DNA from: a virus
Taxonomy: Duplodnaviria; Caudoviricetes
IMG/VR virus record: IMGVR_UViG_2595698293_000001
Span: 160,001-224,000 of that record
DNA: 64,000 nucleotides
Direction: 5' to 3' (one strand)
This document shows, piece by piece, positions 1 through 12,591 of this stretch. The notes beneath the pieces were generated by a model that ran no database searches, had not been told where the DNA came from, and was given only the letters and a program-made list of their open reading frames with translations. Within the stretch, counting starts at the first letter, position 1. Every line of letters begins with the position of its first letter. The position numbers were made by a program, and so were the translations under genes.

Positions 1-186
1 TCAGAAACTTTATTGAATATTATTGTTGGAAATAGTGATATTTTGATATACAATGAAAATGGTTATAACTGGTACAACAAAGAAACATTTGAAGAATTTT
101 CATTTCAAAATTCATTAATTGAACCAAGAAAAAATTTTGATTTATTTTATATTAATTCTGTACTTAAAAATTTTAAATTAGTTTAA
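1..186 (+). CDS. partial (5' truncated) FQxS(T/L)-motif family protein
   Basis: Open frame 1 to TAA at 184-186; contains TFEEFSFQNSLIEP. Confidence 0.6.
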   Translation, partial: SETLLNIIVGNSDILIYNENGYNWYNKETFEEFSFQNSLIEPRKNFDLFYINSVLKNFKLV

Positions 187-509
187 GGATAATAAAATGT
201 GGTATATTATTAGTGTAGTAGTACTTTCTGTTTTGGTTGGTATTGTATTACTGAAAGGTGTAACGTATACAATGTCTAAAATAGACAAGTACCAGGAAAA
301 TTCAGTAATCGATTTGTTTATTGATTACCCAAAAAGCATCATTGCTTTTCTGTTTGTTATGGTACTGATTGGTTTTTATATGGTATCTCATCAAATTGGA
401 GAAATGTACACTTGTGCCATCCGAAGTAGTTCACAGAATGTAGAAACCGAATATAGTTGGTATTTTGATAAATGTCGCTTCAAAAATAAAGATGGTGCAT
501 GGGTAGATA

Positions 510-1070
510 TTGATCGTTTATTGGGTATGCCTGATGGCAAAGAACATGAACAACAATGAACATAAATTCTTCATAGAGCCAGAAGATGAAATAGACTATT
601 TTGATGCAATAGACAGTACTGAAGATGGATATACACATATCAATATATATAGTAAAGGTAAAACTAAATTAGGACGCGATTTATCTAATTTTAGTCCCTA
701 TAGTTTTACGCTTGAACCATATGGATGGTTTCCATCAGTAGAGTCATTTTATTTCTGGTTTTTAACTGGACAAAAACACCATGAGCTACGTAAGCTCTCT
801 GGGGCGGCAGCTAAGGCTGCCGCGGAAAAGTATACCCATGATAGGCTTGAGATGACCGATGAGCGTCTTGTTGTGATACAGGCCGCTATTTGTGCCAAGA
901 TAGCACAGAACCCCGACTTAGCAGAGCGTTTAAAGAAAAGTACATTAGCTTTTAAGCATTATTATTGCTATGGTACTAAAGTAATAAACGTGGAAGATGA
1001 ACATGGGTGGTTTGTTCAAACAATCGAAGATATAAGGACTGTATTAAAAGAAGGAGATGAACATGAATAA
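510..1070 (+). CDS. NADAR/YbiA-like protein
   Basis: LSNFSPYSF...FPSVESFY...KIAQNPDLAERL pattern resembles NADAR family; true start probably the ATG at 546. Confidence 0.55.
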   Translation: MIVYWVCLMAKNMNNNEHKFFIEPEDEIDYFDAIDSTEDGYTHINIYSKGKTKLGRDLSNFSPYSFTLEPYGWFPSVESFYFWFLTGQKHHELRKLSGAAAKAAAEKYTHDRLEMTDERLVVIQAAICAKIAQNPDLAERLKKSTLAFKHYYCYGTKVINVEDEHGWFVQTIEDIRTVLKEGDEHE

Positions 1071-2303
1071 TACACAGTTTGAATCATTTGATATAGAGAG
1101 TATATTAAAACCAACTGATAACTGTACTGTACTTATGAATATGTACTGGATAGTCAAAGATGAAAAAGTCTTTAGATCATTACGAACTAAAGTATGGCAA
1201 TGCAATAAATTTGAGAGTGTAGTTAAACATGTAATCGAATCTTATCCTGGTTGTGAGGTTCGTTTTCTTGAATATGCTTATGTAAAGAAGGATTGATTAT
1301 GAAATATTATATGGTAACGGAAGGTGATTCGAGTGGTATTCATTTTTTATGGTCTTATTATGAATTGCTTGACTGTTGCACAGTAGAAGATGCAGAAGAT
1401 TTATACAGAGAAGAAAATGGATATTCACTGGATGCACCTTATGGATTGAGAATTTATAGTAAAGAAATTACAGAAAAAGAATATCATGATGGATTGCATT
1501 TTAACGATTATTATGGTGTTAGAACGCTAATTACCGAATTGATGTTTAAAAATAACATTTTCCCACTAAAAAGTTGGGCTTTAATGTTTGCAAATCCAAA
1601 AAAACCTGTTAGAATAGGGTTTCCTGGTTCACATCTAGTCTATCGTATGAATGATAAACGAGAGCTTAGCTACCAGTATGATTATGATTCACATAAGTTT
1701 GGTCTTCTACCAGCATTTAAAGGTTTGACAAATGAGTAAAGATTCATTAGAATTTATTTTACGTTGTGATTGTGGTGAAAAATCAGATCATGTAATTCAC
1801 ATTGCACAGTACGATCTAGACGAAGAGTACGGTGATAATAAACTTGGCACTTGTTTAATCAGTGCTCGTTTAGAACCATGTAAAACATGGTATGAACGTG
1901 TTTGGATTGGTATCAAATACATCTTTGGTTACAATAGTTATCAGTATATGGATACAATGGTTGATGTTGATATCCTACGTGAAGTAGTACAACAGTTAAA
2001 AGATGAACGTTCAGAAGAAGACAAAAAAGCTTCTCGTGAAAAACGCTCAGAGGTTAAGGTTCTATGAGTGTGTTATTTGAAAAGAAATATTGTACTAAAT
2101 GCTTGACAGCTTATACAATTCAGGGTATGATTTGTTGCTCAAACTGTCAAAGCACAGATGCTCAAACGTTTTTGGTTGATGATCGTTACACCGATTTAAT
2201 TCAATTCAAAGCGAATCGAAATTTAAAACATTTTAGTGCTTTACACGACAAAGATTGAATGCTATAATCATCTTAACTTAAACAAAAACAGGAATTACTT
2301 TAT

Positions 2304-2795
2304 ATGACTAACGTTAATACCAATCTAGTAACTGATATCAAAAAAGTTGTTACTTCACATCATTTCTTTGCACCAGAAAAACAACGAGTCATCTCTGATA
2401 TCAAAGAAGATGAACTGAGTATTATTATTCGTTTTAAAGAACCCGGTGATGAAATTTCATCACAGTTCACTGTACTTCGTGGTAAATTCCGCGAAGAAGG
2501 CGTTGACAAGATCCCAGCTTACATTCTTTTTATTACACTTGGTAGTGTAATTAAGCTGGAAATTGATGAAAATCTGGAGCGTTCATATAAATTCATGCTT
2601 GCACCAGTTACAGATGATGATAACATTGAACTGGATTTCAAGAATGATTTCACTGAAGAAGAATTCTTTCAGCAAAGTACAATCCATGATTTCCGTTCAG
2701 TAACTTATGAGCATGTCGAACTTATCAAAGATATGATTGAACCAGTTACCAGTTACGAGAAATATCTCGATGGTCAAGCTGAAGGCAACGAATAA
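2304..2795 (+). CDS. FQxST-motif family protein
   Basis: FTEEEFFQQSTIHDF; AGGA SD upstream. Confidence 0.7.
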   Translation: MTNVNTNLVTDIKKVVTSHHFFAPEKQRVISDIKEDELSIIIRFKEPGDEISSQFTVLRGKFREEGVDKIPAYILFITLGSVIKLEIDENLERSYKFMLAPVTDDDNIELDFKNDFTEEEFFQQSTIHDFRSVTYEHVELIKDMIEPVTSYEKYLDGQAEGNE

Positions 2796-2801
2796 AAATA
2801 A

Positions 2802-2827
2802 ATAACCCACTTCGGTGGGTTATTTTC
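2802..2827 (+). terminator. intrinsic terminator
   Basis: AATAACCCAC-TTCG-GTGGGTTATT followed by TT. Confidence 0.8.
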
Positions 2828-3419
2828 TATATAAGGATATAAATTATGTTAAAAGAAATTCAAAAATTAACAAATTCAATTGTAGATTTTCTTAAAGATA
2901 AAAATGGTTTTAGTACTGAAGTATCAAAACAAGGTGTTCAGCTAATCGTTAAAAATCCTAATGGTACTGAAACTTTGTATGATGTTTATGAATTGCTTTT
3001 ATATAAACTTAGTGCTAATAAACTAGGCGGTGATATTCAGTTAAACATTAATGATAGTACTGAGGGTAAGATTTTTGCAATTAACACGAATGTAAATTTT
3101 GATATTCATTCCAAAATCCTCGAAATTAATAATTCATTTGATGATTACAAACACGACACTATTCGTGGTGTTTTTGTTAGTACTCAATTGTCTGAAAGTA
3201 CAAATCCATTTTCGGTACTAACCATGTATAAAAATGGTACATGGGTTCGTTACGATTTAACACTGTCGGAATTACTGTACGCTTGTGTAAATGGGTATAA
3301 ATTACAATTGAACGATTCAGGTTTTGTATACAATGAATTACGTGAATTGTGTGAAAATGTAAAAAAAGAAATGAAGCAAGAAGAAAATACAATATCCAAA
3401 TAATGAGGTAGATCTCTGT

Positions 3420-3842
3420 ATGACATTACATGAAGTACTGAATAGTTTCTTTGAATTGAATATTTCAGAAATGAAAACCAAACAAAATAGACACCAACAT
3501 AGTGTTTGGTATGATGCCCAACCACAACCGTTTTTAATCAATTTTAAAGAAACAGAAACATACACAATAATGAGATTTCATCATTTTGATGGTGAAAATA
3601 ATTACAGGGTATCATATGATGCAGGAACTGATCGACTGATTTACACAGTAATGGGTACAATTTCATCAACCATTACGATTGGAAACTTCTCTTCTTATAA
3701 ATCAGAAGATAATTTTTTTCAGGATTCACTGATTAATGATTACAATGATTTATCATTCGAAGATATTGACAAAATGATGAATATGTTCTATAATGTAAAA
3801 AATACAAGTTTATCCCTATTTGGTGAAGATGATGAAATTTGA
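3420..3842 (+). CDS. FQxST-motif family protein
   Basis: SEDNFFQDSLINDY. Confidence 0.65.
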   Translation: MTLHEVLNSFFELNISEMKTKQNRHQHSVWYDAQPQPFLINFKETETYTIMRFHHFDGENNYRVSYDAGTDRLIYTVMGTISSTITIGNFSSYKSEDNFFQDSLINDYNDLSFEDIDKMMNMFYNVKNTSLSLFGEDDEI

Positions 3843-4269
3843 TTTAGAAAAATTTCTGGATTTGGATTTAGATTCATTTTATATCAGAAAGTTTATTTTT
3901 AAACCACACACAAATGTGGTTGATTATGCTGTGATTGAACTACATGAATCAGACTATACAATTTGGTACGATGTTGATGATTGTATTCAACTAAAGGAAT
4001 GTGATGAATGTAAAGGTTATGTTCTGTTGTATGACCTCAATACAAATGAAATTACATTAAAAACTTCACATTATGATGAATACGGTATTATAACAAGACG
4101 TGAATGTGTTGCATTTTCACATGATGATTACACAGAAGAATCATTTTTTATGATTAGTACCTTACATGATGTTGGGGAATTTACATTTGAAACTTTCGAT
4201 AAATTTAATAAAATTTTGAAAAAGATTAAATCAATGATAAAGGAAATTGAAAATGAACAGTCCAAGTAA
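3829..4269 (+). CDS. FQxST-motif family protein
   Basis: YTEESFFMISTLHDV; ATG at 3829 preferred to the TTG at 3820. Confidence 0.65.
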   Translation: MMKFDLEKFLDLDLDSFYIRKFIFKPHTNVVDYAVIELHESDYTIWYDVDDCIQLKECDECKGYVLLYDLNTNEITLKTSHYDEYGIITRRECVAFSHDDYTEESFFMISTLHDVGEFTFETFDKFNKILKKIKSMIKEIENEQSK

Positions 4270-4666
4270 ATGTTATATTGTTATTCGTAATGATTTGGAT
4301 ATGCCAGAAGGTAAATTTGGTGCACAAATCGGTCATGGCATCGACGCGGTATGGAAAGAGGTTTTGGTAGCCGGTACAATGGTGCGTGCTGCAAATATAG
4401 CCAATGAACAACCAAAAGAGCGTGATATCAAAATACAGGATGAAATTTCTAAATGGGTGAGTGATGGTAGTAGAAAGATTATTCTAAAAACAAAATCAGA
4501 AGACGAATTACTGAAAATTTATAAAAAGGTATTGTCTGAAGGTTGTATTTGTACTAAAATTTATGATTACGGATTTAATTTTTTTGATGGTTTAACTTTA
4601 ACTGGTATTGTTGTACATCCATGTTCAGAAGAAATTAAAACATTAAAACGAGTACGCTTATGGTAA
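4253..4666 (+). CDS. peptidyl-tRNA hydrolase, Pth2 type
   Basis: YIVIRNDLDMPEGKFGAQIGHG, W..G.RKIILK, IYDYG...G.TLT match the Pth2 signature. Confidence 0.85.
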   Translation: MNSPSKCYIVIRNDLDMPEGKFGAQIGHGIDAVWKEVLVAGTMVRAANIANEQPKERDIKIQDEISKWVSDGSRKIILKTKSEDELLKIYKKVLSEGCICTKIYDYGFNFFDGLTLTGIVVHPCSEEIKTLKRVRLW

Positions 4667-5034
4667 ATGAACATTTAAAAGAATTATGTTCTTTATGGAA
4701 ATCATCTGATGTAAGATTTGAACCTGTACCCAAAAATAAAGATAACTGGCATAATTCTATTGTTATGGGGTCTTGTGGTTTTTTTCTTTTACCTATGGTA
4801 CTAAAAGATAAAAAAATAGGTATTGTTGTTTTATACAATGATCTTATATATTATTTTTTGTACGAAGATGAAATTCAGTACGTACATAATAATATGACAC
4901 ATACATATAAAAGAGATACCACACATGAAGAACTATTCCAACTAAGTACTTTATACGATGGAGTAATTCAGTACGAAAACTTAATAGAAGTTTTTAACTT
5001 ATATGATTCCGTAATGGAGGTAATTGAAAGATGA
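4660..5034 (+). CDS. FQxST-motif family protein
   Basis: THEELFQLSTLYDG. Confidence 0.65.
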   Translation: MVNEHLKELCSLWKSSDVRFEPVPKNKDNWHNSIVMGSCGFFLLPMVLKDKKIGIVVLYNDLIYYFLYEDEIQYVHNNMTHTYKRDTTHEELFQLSTLYDGVIQYENLIEVFNLYDSVMEVIER

Positions 5035-5349
5035 TGAGTCATTGTAAATTCTGGCTTCCTGTTATGGTTGTTCTGTTTATTATTTTTACAGTAGTAAACT
5101 ATAAAATCCACAATTCTATTCCAAGACAGCCTACAGCAGAAGAATTAGCTATTCATCAAAATAGTGGTTTATATGCTGAAGTACTCAATAAAATCAAAAA
5201 CAAATGTACTGGTATCAGTGATAATGAAAGGAATACATTCTATACATGTCAGGACGGTTCTAAAGTATCAGTGATTTACTGGAAACGACAAGATAGAAGT
5301 GGGTATGTCACTCGTGATTTTGATAAAAATGGTAAATTAATTTCGATTT

Positions 5350-5814
5350 ATGGACACCCAGATGATATCTAAAGAACAACATAAATTTTTATTCAAAATA
5401 TTGAATTCTTATAAAGTTAATAAGTTCAGTACTAAACACGTTCACAATCCAAAAATTGTTATTAGCACAAGGCGATATATAGGAAATAACAATTTTGAAA
5501 TATACTTATATAAAGGAACTATTTCATTAGAAATTCAAAGATATGGTATTATTTTATTATTAATTGAGTATAATCCAATTTCTGACAATATGACGTTATT
5601 ATTCAATGATAATGAACATTGTTCTGAAATCGTTTATCGTATAAACGATGTGTCGGAAATTCTTGAAGAAGATGGTTATTTTCAACAAAGTCTTGTACAA
5701 AATCTTCCATTGGAATATAATGATTTTTGTAAAATGATGGATGATATCACAACCATCAAAAATTCAATGCTGGAACGTTTTGAGTTAACAGAGCAAGTGT
5801 GCGACAATGACTAA
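5350..5814 (+). CDS. FQxST-motif family protein
   Basis: LEEDGYFQQSLVQNL. Confidence 0.6.
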   Translation: MDTQMISKEQHKFLFKILNSYKVNKFSTKHVHNPKIVISTRRYIGNNNFEIYLYKGTISLEIQRYGIILLLIEYNPISDNMTLLFNDNEHCSEIVYRINDVSEILEEDGYFQQSLVQNLPLEYNDFCKMMDDITTIKNSMLERFELTEQVCDND

Positions 5815-6707
5815 AGTAGTTAGAAAGCGTAGAGTACTTGATAATGATGAATTCAAATCATTAGAGATTCATCGTCAATTGTTTCACCGTCTTTGTGCTG
5901 GCGAGAAACAAATTGTAGTTACTGAAACATATGAAGAACCAGAAAATATTTTCGGTAACTATTTCCCTGTATTCAATTTGTATATTAAACGCGGTCTATT
6001 GGAAGTAATTACAATAGATCAGTTACCGGAAGATGAACATGAATTTACTGTTATCAAATAAAGAACCATTAGATCGTGATGATGATTTTTATGATGAACG
6101 TTATGGTGAATCGGAGGAATAAATGGGATTAGATATCTATAAATGTAAAATTAGTTCTACTAAACAAGAACATGGTTTTATTACATGTTCACAAGAAGAG
6201 ATTGATTCAAATAAATCAATTAAAGAACTATTCCAGAAATATAAAAATTATATCAATATCGGCACTGAAGAATACATTGATATTGAACAAAGTTTAATCA
6301 AATTTAATCTTTCTGATGAATGGTTTTTATCTGGATATGAGTTCAATGAAGATGAGGATTCATATTATGCAGTATTTGATTGTACTCTACCATTGTTCGA
6401 TTCCGTAAAAGTATTATATAATGAACTCATCACAAAAGATGAAAAAGTTTATACATTATATTACACAGAAATTGGCTATCAACGTAGAGATTATAAACCC
6501 GGAATCTATGCTGATCTTTGGGGATGTGACCATGAAGAACACGACGGATATTACAGCTTAAATGTTGTAACAGATAATTCAGTACTTGAACTTGTTAAAA
6601 TGTATGCGAATGAAAATTCTCCACTTAGTCAATGGGTACTAAACGATAATGATGAATTTATTATCTTCGATTATTGAGATTTCTAAATAAAATAAAACAT
6701 AACAAGG

Positions 6708-7601
6708 ATGTTTATGAAACCTATTACAGTACTGTCATTATTCAATGGGATGAGTGTTGGGTATATGGCACTAAAGAATGCTGGAATTCCAGTACAGAAA
6801 TATTACTCATCAGAAATTGATAAATTTGCTATTGCTGAATCACAAGCCAACTACCCTGATATTATTCAGTTAGGTGATATAACTAAATGGGAAGATTGGG
6901 ATATCGACTGGGGTAGTATTGACCTACTTATTGGTGGAAGTCCTTGTACTGATGTAAGTTTTGCGGGAAAACAAGAGGGGTTAGTGAAACCAGATGAAAA
7001 CGGTGATGGTGGAACAAGAAGTGGTTTATTTTATATAATGATTGACATATTCAATCATATTAAATCGATAAATCCAGATTTAAATTTTTTATTTGAAAAT
7101 GTCAAGATGAAAAAAGAACATCTTGAAGAATTTAATAATAATATAGGGGTTGATCCTGTTCTAATCAATTCTGAATTATATACTGCTCATTACAGACAGA
7201 GATATTACTGGATTAGCTCAAATAAGCTAATTCTCAATCCCACCTACAAAGCCCCAGTACTTCAAGATATTATTGTTAATGCATATACTGACAGGAATAA
7301 ATCATATTGCATTGATGCCAATTACTGGAAAAAGGGGAATATCACACAGTACTTACGCAAATCAAGAAGACAGATTGTTTATCTAAGAGACGATCATGAT
7401 TTATTCAGTACTGAAGAAAAAATTAACACATTTAAACTCAATGTTGACTATAGACATTTAACAGTAGACGAAGTATGTTTATTACAGGGTGTACCTGTTG
7501 GATTTTTTAAAGTAAGTAGTGCAACACAAGCATACAAAATGCTAGGTAATGGATGGACATGTCCAGTTATTGAACATCTATTAAAGGAAATTTTCTTTTA
7601 A
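6708..7601 (+). CDS. DNA (cytosine-5) methyltransferase
   Basis: Motif I VLSLFNGMS, catalytic GGSPC, ENV, RQRYYW, motif X LGNGW. Confidence 0.92.
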   Translation: MFMKPITVLSLFNGMSVGYMALKNAGIPVQKYYSSEIDKFAIAESQANYPDIIQLGDITKWEDWDIDWGSIDLLIGGSPCTDVSFAGKQEGLVKPDENGDGGTRSGLFYIMIDIFNHIKSINPDLNFLFENVKMKKEHLEEFNNNIGVDPVLINSELYTAHYRQRYYWISSNKLILNPTYKAPVLQDIIVNAYTDRNKSYCIDANYWKKGNITQYLRKSRRQIVYLRDDHDLFSTEEKINTFKLNVDYRHLTVDEVCLLQGVPVGFFKVSSATQAYKMLGNGWTCPVIEHLLKEIFF

Positions 7602-7893
7602 TTAATAATTTAAAATGGAAAATAATATCAATGATTAGTAAAGTATACCTTGATGAAAATATTTCTAACGAAAAGACACAATATGCAGTTTATGATTCCT
7701 TGACTGATAAAGTACTAACAGAGAGTATTCATTCTTATAAAGCAGATGTTGAAGATTTTATGACACACAAATATGGTGCTGACTGGCGTACAACACATGC
7801 ATTATATAGTATTCGTGAAATTAAAATCGTAGTGTTATAAACATAAAAAATCCACCACATGTGGATTTTTTTCTATTTGAGATTAAATTAAAC

Positions 7894-8331
7894 ATGCACA
7901 ATGAAGAAATAATTCATTTTCTTAAATTTTATTTAAAATGTATCAATGCTGTTCAAAAATTAATGGAATGTGAAATGATTAATGATTTTAATGATCATTT
8001 TGGATATATAAGTACAGATTTATATCCCGTCCCTGTTCGTGCAAAATGGAATTATGATCAAGATGCATATGCAATGCAACTGGATTTTGATTTATTCGGA
8101 CTACCATCTAAATTTAATATAGAAACTATTTGTTTTGATAAAAATGATGGTTTGATTTTAATTTGTTATAACAATAAAACAGAAGTTGATTTAAAATACA
8201 GAGAATGGTTAACCGAAGAATCGTATTTTCAGTCCTCATTAATTTATGATTTGGGTAGTACTGATTTACAGTACTGGAAAAAATGCATTGATTTATTTGA
8301 AAAGATTGAAGGAGTAATGACAGGTGTTTAA
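7894..8331 (+). CDS. FQxST-motif family protein (close paralog of 17747..18196)
   Basis: WLTEESYFQSSLIYDLGSTDLQYWKKCIDL vs WLEHDSFFQSTLIHNFMTTDLEYWKNCIEL. Confidence 0.7.
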   Translation: MHNEEIIHFLKFYLKCINAVQKLMECEMINDFNDHFGYISTDLYPVPVRAKWNYDQDAYAMQLDFDLFGLPSKFNIETICFDKNDGLILICYNNKTEVDLKYREWLTEESYFQSSLIYDLGSTDLQYWKKCIDLFEKIEGVMTGV

Positions 8332-8712
8332 AATAAAACTAATTTATACCACCGGCGATACATTCGAAACACGTGAAGTAGAAAGATTTATTAATTGCGA
8401 ATGGGATACAGAAGAGAAAGCTATTCATGAAATGAATAAAATCCGAGAGCACTGGATTTTTAATAAAAAAATTAGTTCTACTCGTGATAAAGGCACAAAG
8501 AAGAGATTGGTATCACAAGCTATTATGCAATCATGGTATAAACCTGGTAATTCTGAATATACTATGCTGCTAGTTGATAATGATGGAAATTCTTTTGAGA
8601 TGTATGCTGCATGGTTAGGGTATTTTGAAATTCTTCATAGTACTGAAGTAGTCAATACAAACCAATTAGACAACTATATTGATTTCGATGAATTAAGATC
8701 AAACATGGGATT

Positions 8713-9153
8713 GTGGTAATGAATGGTCCAACTGTACTAAAAATCCTTCGTAAATTTAAACACCCAATATTGGTCGGTCGCTGGAAATCATTAAAAGAAA
8801 ATAAAAATACCGACGATCAAAAAAATATCAATTATAGATGGTATTGGGATTATTCTAAAGATTATGGTGATTCACTTTGTGTAAAAATTAAATTCAATAA
8901 TTATAATAAATGGTCTAGAGATAAAAAATATGTATATTCATATGATATTCACTTATCAAAGGAACATGTATTTATTTTTCATAGAAGTTACAACAAATTT
9001 TCAACTAAACATTATGTACTATTTTCTATAAATGAATTATATGAAGATTTAGAAAGTGTATTATTTCAGCAATCATTATTGACTTCTACTGGTATGGTGA
9101 GTACTCAAGAAATTGAAGTACTTAAAGAATTAAAAGATATATATTTTACATAA
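8713..9153 (+). CDS. FQxST-motif family protein
   Basis: DLESVLFQQSLLTST. Confidence 0.55.
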   Translation: MVMNGPTVLKILRKFKHPILVGRWKSLKENKNTDDQKNINYRWYWDYSKDYGDSLCVKIKFNNYNKWSRDKKYVYSYDIHLSKEHVFIFHRSYNKFSTKHYVLFSINELYEDLESVLFQQSLLTSTGMVSTQEIEVLKELKDIYFT

Positions 9154-10125
9154 TACAAATTGAGGATAATAAATGTTTGGTATTTTATATAAATGCAATG
9201 ATGGTAGAGACTATTATTGTACGTCTTCGAGATTTGCACATTTCTCAGAAGATATTGAATCGATTGCTGAATTTGCACAACAAAAAACTGCTGAAAAAAT
9301 TGCAAACCATTTTACCAAAACAAATGATTTTGAAGAATTATATGGTACTGGTAAATTGTTAGTGATTAAAGTAGTTAAAGTACCTTTAAGTCTAAAGGAA
9401 ATTCCATTGATTAAACTAAAATCTGGATACCGAATTTATTCAGAAGAAAATGATGAATATTATAGTGGTAATAAAAATCCAAAAAGTTTCAATCATTTAA
9501 ATCTTGATGATTTACATTGTAGTACTGTTTATAAGTCAGAAAAAGAAGCACAAAAAACGATTGATGCTATGATTAAAGAATTTTATGATTATGCATTCAA
9601 CACTTATGAACCAGGTCATAGTCGTTATGAATATCACGTAAAGATATATGAAACAGATTACCTCATTGCTTCTAAATTAAAAATTGTTTATATTGAATAA
9701 AAAGCTTGACATATAAATTGACAATGATATAATAATTGCAAATCAACCAAAGAGTGAATTTGTATGAAATATTATAATGGCTTTAGTGATATTGGTGTAA
9801 AGTTTGAAAATGGTAAAGGATACTATTTCCATGGTATGTCACCTTGGATTGAAACCAATGTATCTGAAGGATTAATTAAGTCCCTTGCATACTATAAAAA
9901 ACTTAATGAATATGATATTCCTATGCGTGAAAAATCATCATTCAGTACTTCAATCGTTGATAACAAAGATCTTCTTATGGAGAAATTTAATGCCTTATCG
10001 TAAAAGTCGCGGTAAAATGAATCCTGAAACAAAAGCTGCATTAATTAATACGATGCTGATCGGAACAAATTATCATTGTATTGTTATTAATGGTGAAGTA
10101 CATAAAATTAATGTCAAAGAAATCC

Positions 10126-10154
10126 TTGACGAACGTCCTGATCTTTGATATAAT
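10126..10154 (+). promoter_or_regulatory. sigma70-type (early) promoter; similar ones near 9706, 25969, 27549, 33286, 34608, 34965, 35500, 48983, 56513, 61385
   Basis: TTGACG-17nt-TATAAT with TG extended -10. Confidence 0.75.
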
Positions 10155-12501
10155 CGTTTACATCATCTACTGATACTATTAATTAAAGGAAATACCATGA
10201 AATCTAAAATTCAGATGCGTCGTGCCAAACATATGATTGCTATTTGGTTAAAACCAGGTGATAAAGAATCATTAAAAGATGCATTTGATACTGCTAAACG
10301 TTGCTGGAATCGTTCTTCACAACGTGTATTGAAAACATGGGCTAAGGAACTCTATAAGAATCCCGAACGTTATGAATTCACTGGTATGGCACATAAAGAG
10401 TTGAAATTGGAAGATTTCTTCACTGAAGATGATTGTCAATATGTACTTGATACTGTACAAGAACACGTATCAGGTAGTGACAATCATTATGCTATTCGTA
10501 GTATTATCCAACACAAATGGGTTTATGGACTTAGCACTGATTACGCTATCCAATATGGCTTAGAAGCATACTTTGGCAAAGGTTTAAAATTTCGCCCCAA
10601 ACGTCCAGTACTGAAAGGTATCAAATAATGAAACAATATGCTATCAAATATAAACCCAATGGGAAAATCATTTCTTTGTATAATACAAAAGAAGCTGCAT
10701 TGGAACGTTGTAAGTTTATTGGTGGTGATTCTAATGTATTTGGTGTATTTGAAGTATTTGTATATTTCGACCGTTATGATTCATCATATGAATGGATCGG
10801 TGTAGTACTGAAATCTAATAATACTGTATTGAATATCTTTGCTGATACTGGTGAAATTTCTAATAGTTGCCAGTACTTAATTAAAAACAAGCATTGCTAT
10901 ACCAAAAAAGTACAGATCCGTACTAATGGAAAAGAAATCAAAGCACCAAAAGTCAAAAAAGATGAGTTTTCATTTGAGGATTAAATAATGGCTGGTATTG
11001 AAAAAGTTTGTGAATATAGTGGTGAATATCCGGGCGGTTTAATGTATGGATATAAGCGTAATCATATTCAGGTTATTCCAAAATATCGCAAAGAATTTCG
11101 TGGTAAGAAAGCAACACTGCATGTATTTAAAAATGGTTTAAAAGAAGTATATAAATGTGGTGCACGAAGTGATGCAGAACTCAAATGCATAAATCCTAAT
11201 CCATCCGAAGAGAATTGGGATAATCATGAGTACTATCGAATGGGTAAACGTACTCCCTGGGGAAAACCAGAAGTTTATGGTGTGTTCTTTGAAAATATCA
11301 AAGAATATAAAAATGCATTGAAGCAATATCATCAACGCCTTCTAATGGAATATGCTTATATTCTTGAAGTTCCAGAAGTTCAAGGCGAAGTCAATGGTTT
11401 GTACAGTAATTACAGTACAGATCTGACTTCGGTAAAACGCCGTATGCGTCGTTTGGTTGGACGAAAAAACTTGACAATCATTTATCATGATTGTACAATG
11501 TACGAATTCTATGAATCATTGGGGTATTAATATGAAAAAGATTATCATTGCAGCATTGCTCTGTACTCTAACTGGAGTAGTATCCAGTACAGCAAATGCT
11601 TCTCTTCTTGGTAATAACAACAATAAAGAAGAACAAAAAGGAAAATACCATATTACATGTTGGCATCCAAATGGTAGTGAATACGTCAATCGTGATATTA
11701 AAGACTTTTATTCTTATAATTCTTTACTATTGAAGATTATCAATTTAAATGATAGTGTTGACTATGTTAATAGTGAATGTTATATTGAAAAATATTAATT
11801 CTATTTCGAGAAATATGGTTTGGTTAATACAATCGATATTTCTTACTATATTGACATTGTTGATTTTATTTACACCATCCATGATATATGTATATTTTGG
11901 TGGTAGTGATCCAAATATTGAATTTTCATGCAGAGTATTGGGATTTATTATTTGGTTGACCATTCTTTTGTATATAATGAGAAAATAATATGAGTTTGGA
12001 ATTAAAATTAAAAAAATTATTACTCAAATATGTTCAGGAACTACCACGTTTACATAGAAGAGAGTTTAATTCAGGGTTGAAAAAATATCCATATATTATG
12101 TTTTATCCTGAGATAGAAGAAAAACCTGATGGTAAAGTTCATGCTTTATTACAAATTGGGTTTAGTAATAGTACTCATAAAATCGAAAAAGGTGATGTAC
12201 AAGAAGCATTTGCTTTTCTTGAAACAGGTAATTACAATAACGATAATATTTTTTATATTTATTCCCCATTAGCTTATATTTTTGATGAAGCATTATATAT
12301 CAAAACTTCTGATATAGAAGAAGTGCACATTTCTAAAGCACCAGTAGAACTTGCAATTAACGCAAATGCATTACGCAAAGCAGATTCTTATGCATTTTTT
12401 TATGCCTTGACTGATTTTTTCTCAATTCAATCTATACCGTATGGTATGAGTGAAGATGTTGAAAAAATCATTTCTGATATCCCAGAATTGGATATAGAAG
12501 T

Positions 12502-12591
<90 letters not shown>

